32,000 bases of DNA from Thermovibrio guaymasensis (lineage in GTDB: Bacteria > Aquificota > Aquificia > Desulfurobacteriales > Desulfurobacteriaceae). Both the position numbers and the translations under genes were made by a program. Shown piece after piece: positions 24,617 to 32,000 of the stretch. The stretch's first letter is position 1. Each line of letters begins with the position of its first letter. The notes under the pieces were generated by a model, which did not search any database, had not been told where the DNA came from, and saw nothing but the letters and a program-made list of their open reading frames with translations. Where the stretch lies: NCBI RefSeq assembly GCF_003633715.1, contig NZ_RBIE01000001.1, positions 515,833 through 547,832 of the forward strand, read 5' to 3'.

Positions 24617-24744
24617 GTTATCTCCTCCCTTTCAAACTCGTTCTCCACTTCCTTCCTTTTATTGACCTTTCTCTTTCCTTCCCTCAGGATAACTGTAAAG
24701 CAGAAGACTACAAAGGAGAAGACAACTATCCAGGCAAAGTTCAT
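24613..24744 (-). CDS. Unannotated 43-aa single-TM protein; possible small subunit of the adjacent NSS transporter (MetS-like)
   Basis: Hand translation gives MNFAWIVVFSFVVFCFTVILREGKRKVNKRKEVENEFEREEIT*. That is one N-terminal TM helix and a charged tail. It begins 20 nt after the NSS transporter stop, and its TGA overlaps the sbcC TTG start (TTGA). The SD is weak (AAGGAAG about 13 nt upstream). It fell below the ORF-track size cut-off. Confidence 0.4.
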   Translation of the reverse strand: MNFAWIVVFSFVVFCFTVILREGKRKVNKRKEVENEFEREEIT

Positions 24745-24764
24745 AAATAGGAGGGAACTTCCTT

Positions 24765-26273
24765 TCATTCTTCTAACCTCCTTCTCTTTCTATCTGCAAG
24801 GTAGACCATGAAGAGCTGAAGTGCCAGTATGAGAACCATTACAAACCTTGCAAACCATACTTGAGGATCGCTCTGGAGGAGCTTTGAGGGAAGAGATGAG
24901 ATCGTCCACGCAGAGAGGATGATGAGTAGAGAAACTGGTGTAACGTACTTTAGGATGTAGTAGTAAACCCTGGGAACTTTAAAGAGAGCTCCCCTGTTAA
25001 TCTCCTCCCAGGCCCTCTTTCCTCCGAAGAACCAGAAGAAGACTATAACTTCAAGGAAGGCAAAGAGGACTACGAAGAAAGTTCCGGCCCAGAAGTCCAT
25101 CTCGTCAAGGGCCTTAGGCATAAATATCGGAATCTGGGCTACCAGAAATGTAAATATTACTGTAACCGTTACTGCCGTTTTCCTTGAAAGGCCGAATTCG
25201 TCCTCAAGGAAGGCTATTATTGGCATACTTATTGCCACAGAAGAAGTTGCTCCTGCAAAGAAGAGGAGGAAGAACCAGATAAACCCCAGGAAGTTTCCTC
25301 CCGTTAAGTTTGAGAAGATTGCGGGAAGGCTAACGAAGGCAAGGTTAAAAGCTCCGCTGTGAGCAACGGCAGTTGCGTTCATAACTCCGAAGAAGGCCAC
25401 TGCAGCCGGTATTGCAATTGAACCTCCGAGTATTACCTCTGCAAGCTCGTTGAGTGAAGCTGAAGCAAGCCCTGAGGCCACTATGTCATCGTCCTTCTTT
25501 ATGTATGAAGCGTAAGTTATTATTGCTCCAAAGCCTAGTGAGAGGGTGAAGAAGACCTGGCCTGCAGCTGCAAGCCATACCTTTGGGTTTGAGAGCTGAC
25601 TGAAATCGGGATGCCATAGGAAATCTAGACCTTGAACGGCCGTCCCGTTAGGCGTTTCAATGAGGATTACCCTAACCATTAGTGCAAAGGCAAGTATGAA
25701 AAGAGTCGGCATCGCAACTTTTGCGAACTTCTCAATTCCTCCCTTGATTCCCCTGTAGAGGATGTAGGCGTTAAAAGCTACCGTTAAAAGGAAGAATACG
25801 TAAGCAGTTACAGAAGGCCTTGTATAGTTCTCTAAGAATTCCTGAAATGGCTTTAGGAACTGGCCCTGGGACAGGTTAGGGTCGGGATGGGGAAGGAGCC
25901 CCAGGAGAGAGAATACGGAGTAGCCTAGTGTCCACGATTCAATGTATATGTAGTAGCACAGAACTATGAATGGGACGAAGAGGCCTAGAGCTCCGATGTA
26001 CTTTGAAATTGGATTTTTCCATAGGAGCTGAAATATTGCAGGTGTCGTTCCATGGCCCTTAGCCCCTCCGTACCTTCCTATGGCCCACTCAGTCCACATT
26101 AGAGGTATTGCAATTATTAACATTGCGATCATGTAGGGTATCATAAAGGCACCGCCGCCGTTGTCTGCTGCCTGAGTTGGAAACCTTAGGAAATTTCCAA
26201 GGCCAACTGCGTTTCCCGCCATCGCAAGAATCAGTCCCAGCCTGCTTCCCCAGTGTTCTCTAACTTGAGCCAT
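24765..26273 (-). CDS. Sodium-dependent transporter, neurotransmitter:sodium symporter (NSS/SNF) family
   Basis: 502 aa, about 12 TM. The hallmark N-terminal motif is [53 protein letters not shown] precedes the ATG. Confidence 0.93.
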   Translation of the reverse strand: MAQVREHWGSRLGLILAMAGNAVGLGNFLRFPTQAADNGGGAFMIPYMIAMLIIAIPLMWTEWAIGRYGGAKGHGTTPAIFQLLWKNPISKYIGALGLFVPFIVLCYYIYIESWTLGYSVFSLLGLLPHPDPNLSQGQFLKPFQEFLENYTRPSVTAYVFFLLTVAFNAYILYRGIKGGIEKFAKVAMPTLFILAFALMVRVILIETPNGTAVQGLDFLWHPDFSQLSNPKVWLAAAGQVFFTLSLGFGAIITYASYIKKDDDIVASGLASASLNELAEVILGGSIAIPAAVAFFGVMNATAVAHSGAFNLAFVSLPAIFSNLTGGNFLGFIWFFLLFFAGATSSVAISMPIIAFLEDEFGLSRKTAVTVTVIFTFLVAQIPIFMPKALDEMDFWAGTFFVVLFAFLEVIVFFWFFGGKRAWEEINRGALFKVPRVYYYILKYVTPVSLLIILSAWTISSLPSKLLQSDPQVWFARFVMVLILALQLFMVYLADRKRRRLEE

Positions 26274-26295
26274 ACTTCCCCTCCGCTGAAAGAGT

Positions 26296-26350
26296 GCTGG
26301 ATTATTATAGCTTTAAAGGATATGTTTATAATTTTTGAAATTTTTATTCT
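26296..26350. promoter_or_regulatory. AT-rich divergent promoter region (NSS operon leftward, radical SAM/bamA rightward)
   Basis: This is the only sizeable non-coding gap (88 nt). There is a perfect TATAAT on the plus strand at 26327-26332, 30 nt before ATG 26362. There is a perfect TATAAT on the minus strand at 26309-26304, 31 nt before ATG 26273. No convincing -35 boxes. Confidence 0.3.
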
Positions 26351-26361
26351 GGAGAACAGAG

Positions 26362-27288
26362 ATGAAGTACATCTTCGGCCCCGTATTTTCTAGAAGGCTG
26401 GGACTTTCGCTGGGAGTTGACCTAGTTCCCCACAAAGTCTGCAGTATGGACTGCCTCTACTGTGAAGTTGGTCCAACTACCGAGAAGACTCTGGAAAGGG
26501 CTGAGTACGTTCCCCTATCGGGAGTTATTTCCGAACTCAAGGAGTACCTTTCCTATAAGCCGGAAATTGATTACGTGACCTTTTCAGGATACGGAGAGCC
26601 TACCCTCTTTTCCCGTTTAGGAGAGCTTGTTGACTTCTTAAAGGACAATTACCCTTACAGGCTGGCCCTTTTGACGAACTCCTCTCTCCTTAAAAGGGAC
26701 GATGTTTTAAAAGATGTTAAAAGGATTGACCTGGTTCTCCCCTCCCTTGATGCAGGTTCTGAGGAAGTCTTTAGGAAAGTAAACAGGCCCGTTCCCGGCC
26801 TATCACTTAAGGACGTTGTTGAGGGAATTGGTAGGTTAATTAGTGAAACTTCCTGTCAGGTCTGGATTGAAACCCTATTTGTTAAGGGTATAAATGACTC
26901 TCCTGAAGAGGTAGAGAGGATAGGTAACCTTATCCACACCCTTAAGCCCCATAAGTGGCAGTTAAATACCGTTTCAAGGCCACCTGCTTACGGAGTTAAA
27001 GGGCTTTCTTACGAAGAGCTTGAGGAGATTTCAAGGAGGGTTGGGTACCCTTCTACAGAGATTATCTCTAAGGGAGTAGCCAGTAGGAAGAAAGTTCCAA
27101 TCTCTCAGGTAAAGGAAGAGGTTTACGATATCGTTGTAAGGAGGCCTTGTCCGATTGACGAGCTCTGCGATGCCCTTGGAGTTTTGAGGGAGGAAGTTGA
27201 GGAGGCAGTTAAGGAGCTTATAAAGGAGGGCAAGGTTAAAGAGCTTTACTTTGGAGGGGAGCCATACGTAAAGGGTATTTCTGGTTAG
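26362..27288 (+). CDS. Radical SAM protein of uncharacterised function
   Basis: CX3CX2C cluster CSMDCLYCEVG near the N-terminus, preceded by FGPVFSRRLGLSLGVDL. SAM-binding-like SGYGEPTL. C-terminal region of about 60 aa with a winged-helix-like pattern. I prefer ATG 26362 (GGAG 7 nt upstream) over the track's TTG at 26335. Confidence 0.85.
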   Translation: MKYIFGPVFSRRLGLSLGVDLVPHKVCSMDCLYCEVGPTTEKTLERAEYVPLSGVISELKEYLSYKPEIDYVTFSGYGEPTLFSRLGELVDFLKDNYPYRLALLTNSSLLKRDDVLKDVKRIDLVLPSLDAGSEEVFRKVNRPVPGLSLKDVVEGIGRLISETSCQVWIETLFVKGINDSPEEVERIGNLIHTLKPHKWQLNTVSRPPAYGVKGLSYEELEEISRRVGYPSTEIISKGVASRKKVPISQVKEEVYDIVVRRPCPIDELCDALGVLREEVEEAVKELIKEGKVKELYFGGEPYVKGISG

Positions 27289-27296
27289 TTCTCCTA

Positions 27297-29855
27297 TTGC
27301 TTTTCCCTTTAAAGCTCTACTCGGCCACTTTGGAGCTCTCCCCTTCAGTTAAGGGCTGTATTGATGAATCATTAATTAAGCAAATTGAGGAGCAGAGTAA
27401 GAAGGTCTGTTCCTTTTCAGACTGCAAGGAAAATCTGAAAATCCTTTTAAATCACCTTGGCTACAGCGTAGAGGTTCAGGGTAATAGGCTATTAATTAAC
27501 GACTACAGACTAATTAAGAAAGTTAGGTTTATCGGTTTGCCTAAGGAGCTGCTTCCCGTTAAGAAGACGGTTACTCTGATGGCAGAGGGTAAGCTCATTG
27601 ACTCGGTGAACTTAGAGAATATTAAACAGATTTTAAGGTTAAAGCTCCACTCTTTCGGTTACTCTGAGCCGAACCTCTCCCTAACTCTTAAAAGAGAGCA
27701 CTGCGGTTACGTTCTTTTAGTTAAAGTTGAGAGTGGCTACAGGCTCGTTGTAAAGGAAATTTCTGTTGTAGCTCCCAATCCCTTTAAGGAGTTAGCCCTT
27801 TCCCTCTTTTCCCCTTTAAAGGGTAGAGCCGTTAACTACGTAACTTTGAGGGAAATTGAGGAAAAACTTGAAGAGGAACTGTCAAAAAGGGGGTACTACA
27901 ACGGTAGAGTTTCAATATCTGTTATACCTGAGAAAGTAAGTTCTTTCAGCCTTGAGAAAGTTAAACCCGTCTCACTATTTATTAAAGTTGAACCTGGTAA
28001 GCTGTATAAAGTTAGATTCAAGGGGAATAAGCACTTTGATTCAGGAAAACTTGAGAGTTTAACCACTTTTAAAAGGGCCCGCTCTGTTGATGAGTTTGAG
28101 CTTGAAAATAGCAAAAGGAAAATAGAGGAGTTCTACCGTAACAACGGGTTTCCTTTTGTAAAAGTTAGTTATTCTGTCATTGAGAAGGGAAGTACTGCCA
28201 TAATTACGTTTACGGTTGAAGAGGGTGTTAAGGTAGTCGTTAGGAGGGTAGAGTGTAAAGGTTTTAATTTAGAGGAGAAGAGATTAAAAGCTCTTCTGGG
28301 TAAGCCTTTTAACTACGAAAAAGTTAAGGAAATTTTAAGTGAGATAAAGGCTCTTCTAAAAGAAAAAGGTTACCTTTCTCCCTCTGTCTCTTACGAAGTT
28401 GATAGGGGCGGAGATTTAAGGATTTTAGTTAGAAAAGGACCCATTTACAGGGTCGTTTCTGTAAGCATTTTCGGAGATAGGCTCTCCTGTTTTAAAGTTC
28501 CACACCTTCCTCTACCTCTTACGTATAAGCTTAAAAAGAGGATAACAGACTCAATATACCGCTGTTATTCAAAGAAGGGATATCCCGACGTTAAAGTAGA
28601 CTTGGAAGAGGAGCTTATTTCCTCTTCACCATCTTATAGGGACTATAAGCTTATCTTAAAAGTCTCTCCCGGTCAGTTTTACAGGTTCTGTTACGTTTTA
28701 GTTAGGGGGTTAAAGAGGACTAAGCTCTACACGGTTAAAAATTTGATTATCATTGAGCCTGGAGAGGTCTATTCAAGGGAGAAAATTACAAAACAGTACT
28801 CAAAACTCCTTGACAGTAGACTCTTTTCCTCAATAAGGATAAGTGAAGTAAAGGGAGAGGGCTGTTTTAGTCAAGTAATAGACCTTAAAGAAGGAGCTCT
28901 CTTTAGGGCAAAGGGATTTGTAGGATACGGTACGGACAGCGGTTACGTTTTAAACGGCCTTGTCTCTTCAACTTCTCCCTTTGGTATGGGAGTGAAATAC
29001 TTCCTTTTTGGTAACTACAGGCAGAAGGAGGGTTACGACGCTGTTTTTAAGCTCCTAAAGCCAGCCTTTCCGTTTAAGGACTACGACGTTTCCTACTCAA
29101 TAGTGAAGAAGGAGCAGATTTACGAGAGTTTTAAGTTTGATCGGGTTTACTACGATTTCTCCATTCACAGGAAAGCTTCACGCTCTTTTTCACAGGAGTT
29201 TTCATTCAAAATATCCCGTTCTAAGCTTAAAGATACGTCTATTAGGGACAAGAAACTTACACTTGAGAGGAAGTTTTCCTACACTCAGCTTTACGATAAG
29301 AGGGATAACGTTTCCAATCCTAAGAGGGGTTTCCTTTCCAAAACTGTAATTTCCCTTTCAGGCCTCTTACTCGGAGGTAATACTTCCTACTACTTAATTG
29401 AAGAGAGGTTTAACTACCTTTACAGTTTCGGCAGGAGTGTTCTCTCCTTCAGGTTTGGGGCTGGAGCTATTACCTCCCTTGAAGGTAAAAAGGTTCCCGT
29501 TGAAGATAGGTTTTTCCTCGGAGGTGCGGAGAGCGTTAGAGGTTATAAGTACGGAACTATCTCTCCAGTTGATGAGAAGGGGAACTTTGTCGGTGGTAGG
29601 GCATACGGACTCTTTAGCTTGGAGCTGAGACATCCTCTGAAGGGGAACCTTGAAGGGGCTCTCTTTTACGACTCTGGAGAGGTCTTTCCTTCACCTCAAG
29701 ACTTTAGACTCTCAGGCTGGTACTCCTCCGTTGGAGTAGGCCTTCGTTACATAACCCCGGTAGGTCCTCTAAGGGTTGATTACGGCTACAAACTCAAGAA
29801 AGTTTCTAGTCAAGGAAGGGGAAGGTTCCACATCTCTTTCGGCTTTCCCTTTTAA
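27297..29855 (+). CDS. bamA: Outer membrane protein assembly factor BamA (multi-POTRA Omp85)
   Basis: 852 aa. Several POTRA-like repeats (for example YKVRFKGNKHFDSGKLESL and VLVRGLKRTKLYTVKNLIIIEPGEVYSREKITKQYSKL). Barrel motifs RFFLGGAESVRGYKYGTISP and GVGLRYITPVGPLRVDYGY. Terminal FHISFGFPF. The 27297 TTG is the first canonical start, but the true start is probably upstream (see findings). Confidence 0.88.
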   Translation: MLFPLKLYSATLELSPSVKGCIDESLIKQIEEQSKKVCSFSDCKENLKILLNHLGYSVEVQGNRLLINDYRLIKKVRFIGLPKELLPVKKTVTLMAEGKLIDSVNLENIKQILRLKLHSFGYSEPNLSLTLKREHCGYVLLVKVESGYRLVVKEISVVAPNPFKELALSLFSPLKGRAVNYVTLREIEEKLEEELSKRGYYNGRVSISVIPEKVSSFSLEKVKPVSLFIKVEPGKLYKVRFKGNKHFDSGKLESLTTFKRARSVDEFELENSKRKIEEFYRNNGFPFVKVSYSVIEKGSTAIITFTVEEGVKVVVRRVECKGFNLEEKRLKALLGKPFNYEKVKEILSEIKALLKEKGYLSPSVSYEVDRGGDLRILVRKGPIYRVVSVSIFGDRLSCFKVPHLPLPLTYKLKKRITDSIYRCYSKKGYPDVKVDLEEELISSSPSYRDYKLILKVSPGQFYRFCYVLVRGLKRTKLYTVKNLIIIEPGEVYSREKITKQYSKLLDSRLFSSIRISEVKGEGCFSQVIDLKEGALFRAKGFVGYGTDSGYVLNGLVSSTSPFGMGVKYFLFGNYRQKEGYDAVFKLLKPAFPFKDYDVSYSIVKKEQIYESFKFDRVYYDFSIHRKASRSFSQEFSFKISRSKLKDTSIRDKKLTLERKFSYTQLYDKRDNVSNPKRGFLSKTVISLSGLLLGGNTSYYLIEERFNYLYSFGRSVLSFRFGAGAITSLEGKKVPVEDRFFLGGAESVRGYKYGTISPVDEKGNFVGGRAYGLFSLELRHPLKGNLEGALFYDSGEVFPSPQDFRLSGWYSSVGVGLRYITPVGPLRVDYGYKLKKVSSQGRGRFHISFGFPF

Positions 29856-30847
29856 AGAATGCTCTTATAGTAACTTTCCTCAAGGGCTAACTCAATCTCT
29901 TTAAAGAGCTTTGACTTTATCTCTTTAAGGTCTCCCTCAGTTTCGTACCCTGCAGCCATCCTGTGGCCTCCTCCCCCTAACTTCTTAGCTATCTTTGCTA
30001 CGTTGACCTTTCCCTTTGAACGTAGGGAAACCTTCCACTTTCCTTTGCCTTCAACTTCTTTGAAGAAGACTGCTACTTCAACTCCGTTTATGGATCGGGG
30101 ATAACTTATAAAGCCTTCCGATTCCTCCGGGTAGGCTCCTGTCTCCTCAAGGAACTTCCTGTAGAGTGTTATGTGGGCAACTTTCCCGTTAAGTGCAAAG
30201 TCTAGAGTTTTGAGTACGAGCTCAAGGAGTTTAAACTTGTTAATTCTGTTCCTCTCAAAGAGTGAACTATAAACTCTGTAAGGTTCAACTCCCCTTTCCA
30301 ATAACTCTGAAGCTATTTTAAGCGTCCTTGGGCTCGTGTTTGAGTAGTTGAAACTCCCCGTATCTGTAACTATTCCTGTGTATAGCGAAGTAGCAATAGG
30401 AGTATCTATAAGTTCTGGTTCAGCTATTTTCATTATTCCGTAGGAAAGCTCGCAGGTACTTGATATGTCCGGCTCAACTATGTAGTAGTCTGTAAACGGC
30501 TCAGCAGTTATGTGGTGGTCTATTACAAGGCTCTTTTTAGCCGGAATGTTTTCAAACCCGGTTCTTTTAGGGTCTGAGACGTCCGTTATTATTACCCAGT
30601 CAAACTCCCCCTTTATCTCTGGTCCACTTTCAACTTCATTAACTCCAGGTAGGAAGTCAAAGAAGTAGGGGATTCTATCCCTGTAAAAGATTTTTACTTC
30701 CTTTCCAAGCTTCTTAAGGAAATGGTACCAGCCTAGAGAGCTCCCGATAGCGTCTCCGTCTGGGTTTTTATGGGTTGTTATAAGGATCTTTCCCGTCATT
30801 CCCTTTATAAGTTCAGCTACTTCACTTCTGGTTAGTCCTTTACTCAT
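29852..30847 (-). CDS. nrnA: DHH/DHHA1-family phosphoesterase (NrnA-type nanoRNase/pAp phosphatase)
   Basis: 331 aa. DHH motifs HKNPDGDAIGSS, ITDVSD and VIDHH. DHHA1 motif GGGHRMAAG. ATGA overlap with rbfA. Confidence 0.85.
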   Translation of the reverse strand: MSKGLTRSEVAELIKGMTGKILITTHKNPDGDAIGSSLGWYHFLKKLGKEVKIFYRDRIPYFFDFLPGVNEVESGPEIKGEFDWVIITDVSDPKRTGFENIPAKKSLVIDHHITAEPFTDYYIVEPDISSTCELSYGIMKIAEPELIDTPIATSLYTGIVTDTGSFNYSNTSPRTLKIASELLERGVEPYRVYSSLFERNRINKFKLLELVLKTLDFALNGKVAHITLYRKFLEETGAYPEESEGFISYPRSINGVEVAVFFKEVEGKGKWKVSLRSKGKVNVAKIAKKLGGGGHRMAAGYETEGDLKEIKSKLFKEIELALEESYYKSIL

Positions 30848-31143
30848 AGCATTACCTCTGGAGCTACTATGAACTCTGGTTTTGGAACCGTCCTTACCTT
30901 TATCCTCTTTCCAAGTAAGTGTCTTATGTATCTGCTTGCCCTGTTTAGGACTTCAACTGCCCTTATTGCGTCTTCCTTTTTTAGTCCTGATATAAAAACG
31001 GTTGCTTTACTGCCATCTTTTGAGAGCTCTACCCTCTGAACGGTTATGAACACGTCCTCAGGGAGGTCTATTTCCCTCCTTATAATCTCAGAGATTTCCC
31101 TAAGGAGCGTTGACTTTAGCCTCTCTCTTCTAATGCCTTTCAT
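30844..31143 (-). CDS. rbfA: Ribosome-binding factor A
   Basis: 99 aa. N-terminal RRERLKSTLLREISEIIRREI and a KH-like core (VTVQRVELSKDGSKATVFIS), typical of RbfA in size and pattern. Confidence 0.9.
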   Translation of the reverse strand: MKGIRRERLKSTLLREISEIIRREIDLPEDVFITVQRVELSKDGSKATVFISGLKKEDAIRAVEVLNRASRYIRHLLGKRIKVRTVPKPEFIVAPEVML

Positions 31144-32000
31144 CTACTCTCCACTTACAGTAAGTTCTTTTACTAAGACCGAGGGACTGCAGACGTTTCC
31201 CAGCCACTTCTGATCTGATCCTACTTCGGTTATTCCGTTAAGGAGCTCCTTAACGTTCCCTGCGACTGTCATGCCGCTTACGGGAGTAACTTTCTCCCCA
31301 TCGTGATAGTATATTCCACTGATTCCTATTGAAAACTCTCCTGAGATAGGGTTTATTGTGTGGATACCCATTGCATCAGTTATGAGTAGAACCTCTTTTG
31401 GAGTCTTTATCAGTTCCTCAAGGCCGAGAGCTCCCCTTTCAACAACTAGGTTTGTAACTCCGCAAGTAGGAGGGTTACTAATACTTGGCCTTATTCCGTT
31501 TCCCGTTGGGTTGAGCCCGAGCTTTTTGGCAGTGTAGAGGTCAACGAGGAAGTTCTTCAGCGTTCCCCTTTCAATTATTGCCTTTTTCTTCGTTGCCGTT
31601 CCTTCATCGTCGTAAGGGGCGCTTCCCGTACCGTCTTTGTGGAGTGGATCGTCGTACAGGTTGAGGACATGGCTTGCAACCTCGTGGCTTAGTTTATCTG
31701 CAAATAGGGATTTCCTCCTTAAGACGTTGTGGCCTAAGAATGCAGACGAAAGGGCCTCTATGAGCTCTGCGAAGACTCTATTTTTGAAGATGACTGGGAT
31801 TCTGCAGGTTTTCATTGGTTTTGCTCCAAGGAGTTCCACTGCACTGGAAGCTGCTCCTACTGCCACTTCAACGGGATTGAGTTCAGAGAAGAAACGTTTA
31901 CTCTGGTAATCCCAACCTATTTGGGAACTATCCCCTTCCCTTGCTGCAAGGAGGATGCTCAACCAGTAGTTAGTTGTTGAGTATGAAAAAGAGTTGCCAT
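31144..32000 (-). CDS. pmbA: PmbA/TldE-family protein, C-terminal about 285 aa (5' end outside the window)
   Basis: The frame stays open upstream of the track's TTG (GNSFSYSTTNYW precedes LSILLAAREG), so the gene runs off the window edge. It resembles TldD/PmbA (DDEGTATKKKAIIERGTLKNFL, GNGIRPSISNPPTCGVTNLVV) but has no HExxxH in the visible part, which fits PmbA rather than TldD. Confidence 0.85.
   Translation of the reverse strand, partial: GNSFSYSTTNYWLSILLAAREGDSSQIGWDYQSKRFFSELNPVEVAVGAASSAVELLGAKPMKTCRIPVIFKNRVFAELIEALSSAFLGHNVLRRKSLFADKLSHEVASHVLNLYDDPLHKDGTGSAPYDDEGTATKKKAIIERGTLKNFLVDLYTAKKLGLNPTGNGIRPSISNPPTCGVTNLVVERGALGLEELIKTPKEVLLITDAMGIHTINPISGEFSIGISGIYYHDGEKVTPVSGMTVAGNVKELLNGITEVGSDQKWLGNVCSPSVLVKELTVSGE

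Noticed and set aside
26335-26361. TTG start at 26335 extending the radical SAM protein by 9 codons (MKFLFWRTE)
   Set aside because: ATG at 26362 has a GGAG 7 nt upstream and begins at the conserved MKYIFGPV... N-terminus. The TTG lies just 3 nt downstream of the candidate -10 box (26327-26332) and has no SD.
17305-30847. PgpH (c-di-AMP phosphodiesterase family) and NrnA (pApA/nanoRNA hydrolase family) as a linked two-step degradation module
   Set aside because: The genes are more than 10 kb apart and sit in different transcription units. Each is in a conventional conserved context (phoH-pgpH and rbfA-nrnA). Co-residence in the window is most simply a coincidence.
1-32000. Searched for mobile elements, genomic-island boundaries, tRNA/rRNA/ncRNA genes and riboswitch-sized leaders
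   Set aside because: There are no transposase, integrase or recombinase-like ORFs. I found no long direct or inverted repeats by eye and no obvious compositional break. Non-coding DNA totals only about 260 nt, and the largest gap (88 nt) is AT-rich with promoter-like boxes, leaving no room for structured RNA genes.

Overview
This is a compact chromosomal segment that is more than 98% coding. It probably comes from a thermophilic, Aquificota-like bacterium: roughly 40-45% GC by eye, K/E/I/L-rich proteins, and many 1-50 nt gene overlaps. That taxonomic guess is inference only. I can support 28 protein-coding genes, one of them a 43-codon ORF missing from the supplied track. I see no rRNA, tRNA, CRISPR array, transposase, integrase or prophage signal. 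Plus-strand block 1-5856 holds the nuoN 3' end, selA, a TonB-dependent-receptor-like barrel, a secreted 244-aa protein and a periplasm-sensing diguanylate cyclase, all abutting or overlapping. Minus-strand block 11738-5875 holds a lipoprotein MFP and an RND pump with no outer-membrane-factor gene. It is extended by two paralogous secreted Cys-bearing coiled-coil proteins (one with LysM) and a 109-aa orphan. Minus-strand string 26273-11813 runs NSS transporter, 43-aa TM ORF, orphan sbcC/rad50, MscS-family channel, phoH, pgpH, dgkA, DUF2905, a small Omp85, nitrilase-like gene plus nadE (split NAD synthetase), tldD and a class I GATase. The right end holds a radical SAM protein, bamA, nrnA, rbfA and a 5'-truncated pmbA. 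The best candidates for something undescribed are (a) the coiled-coil/LysM/orphan extension of the OMF-less RND operon and (b) the TBDR / secreted protein / diguanylate cyclase module. Two annotation-level surprises are a bamA signal peptide that starts upstream of any canonical start codon, and the small ORF coupled to sbcC. All family calls come from motif recognition by eye; no searches were run.
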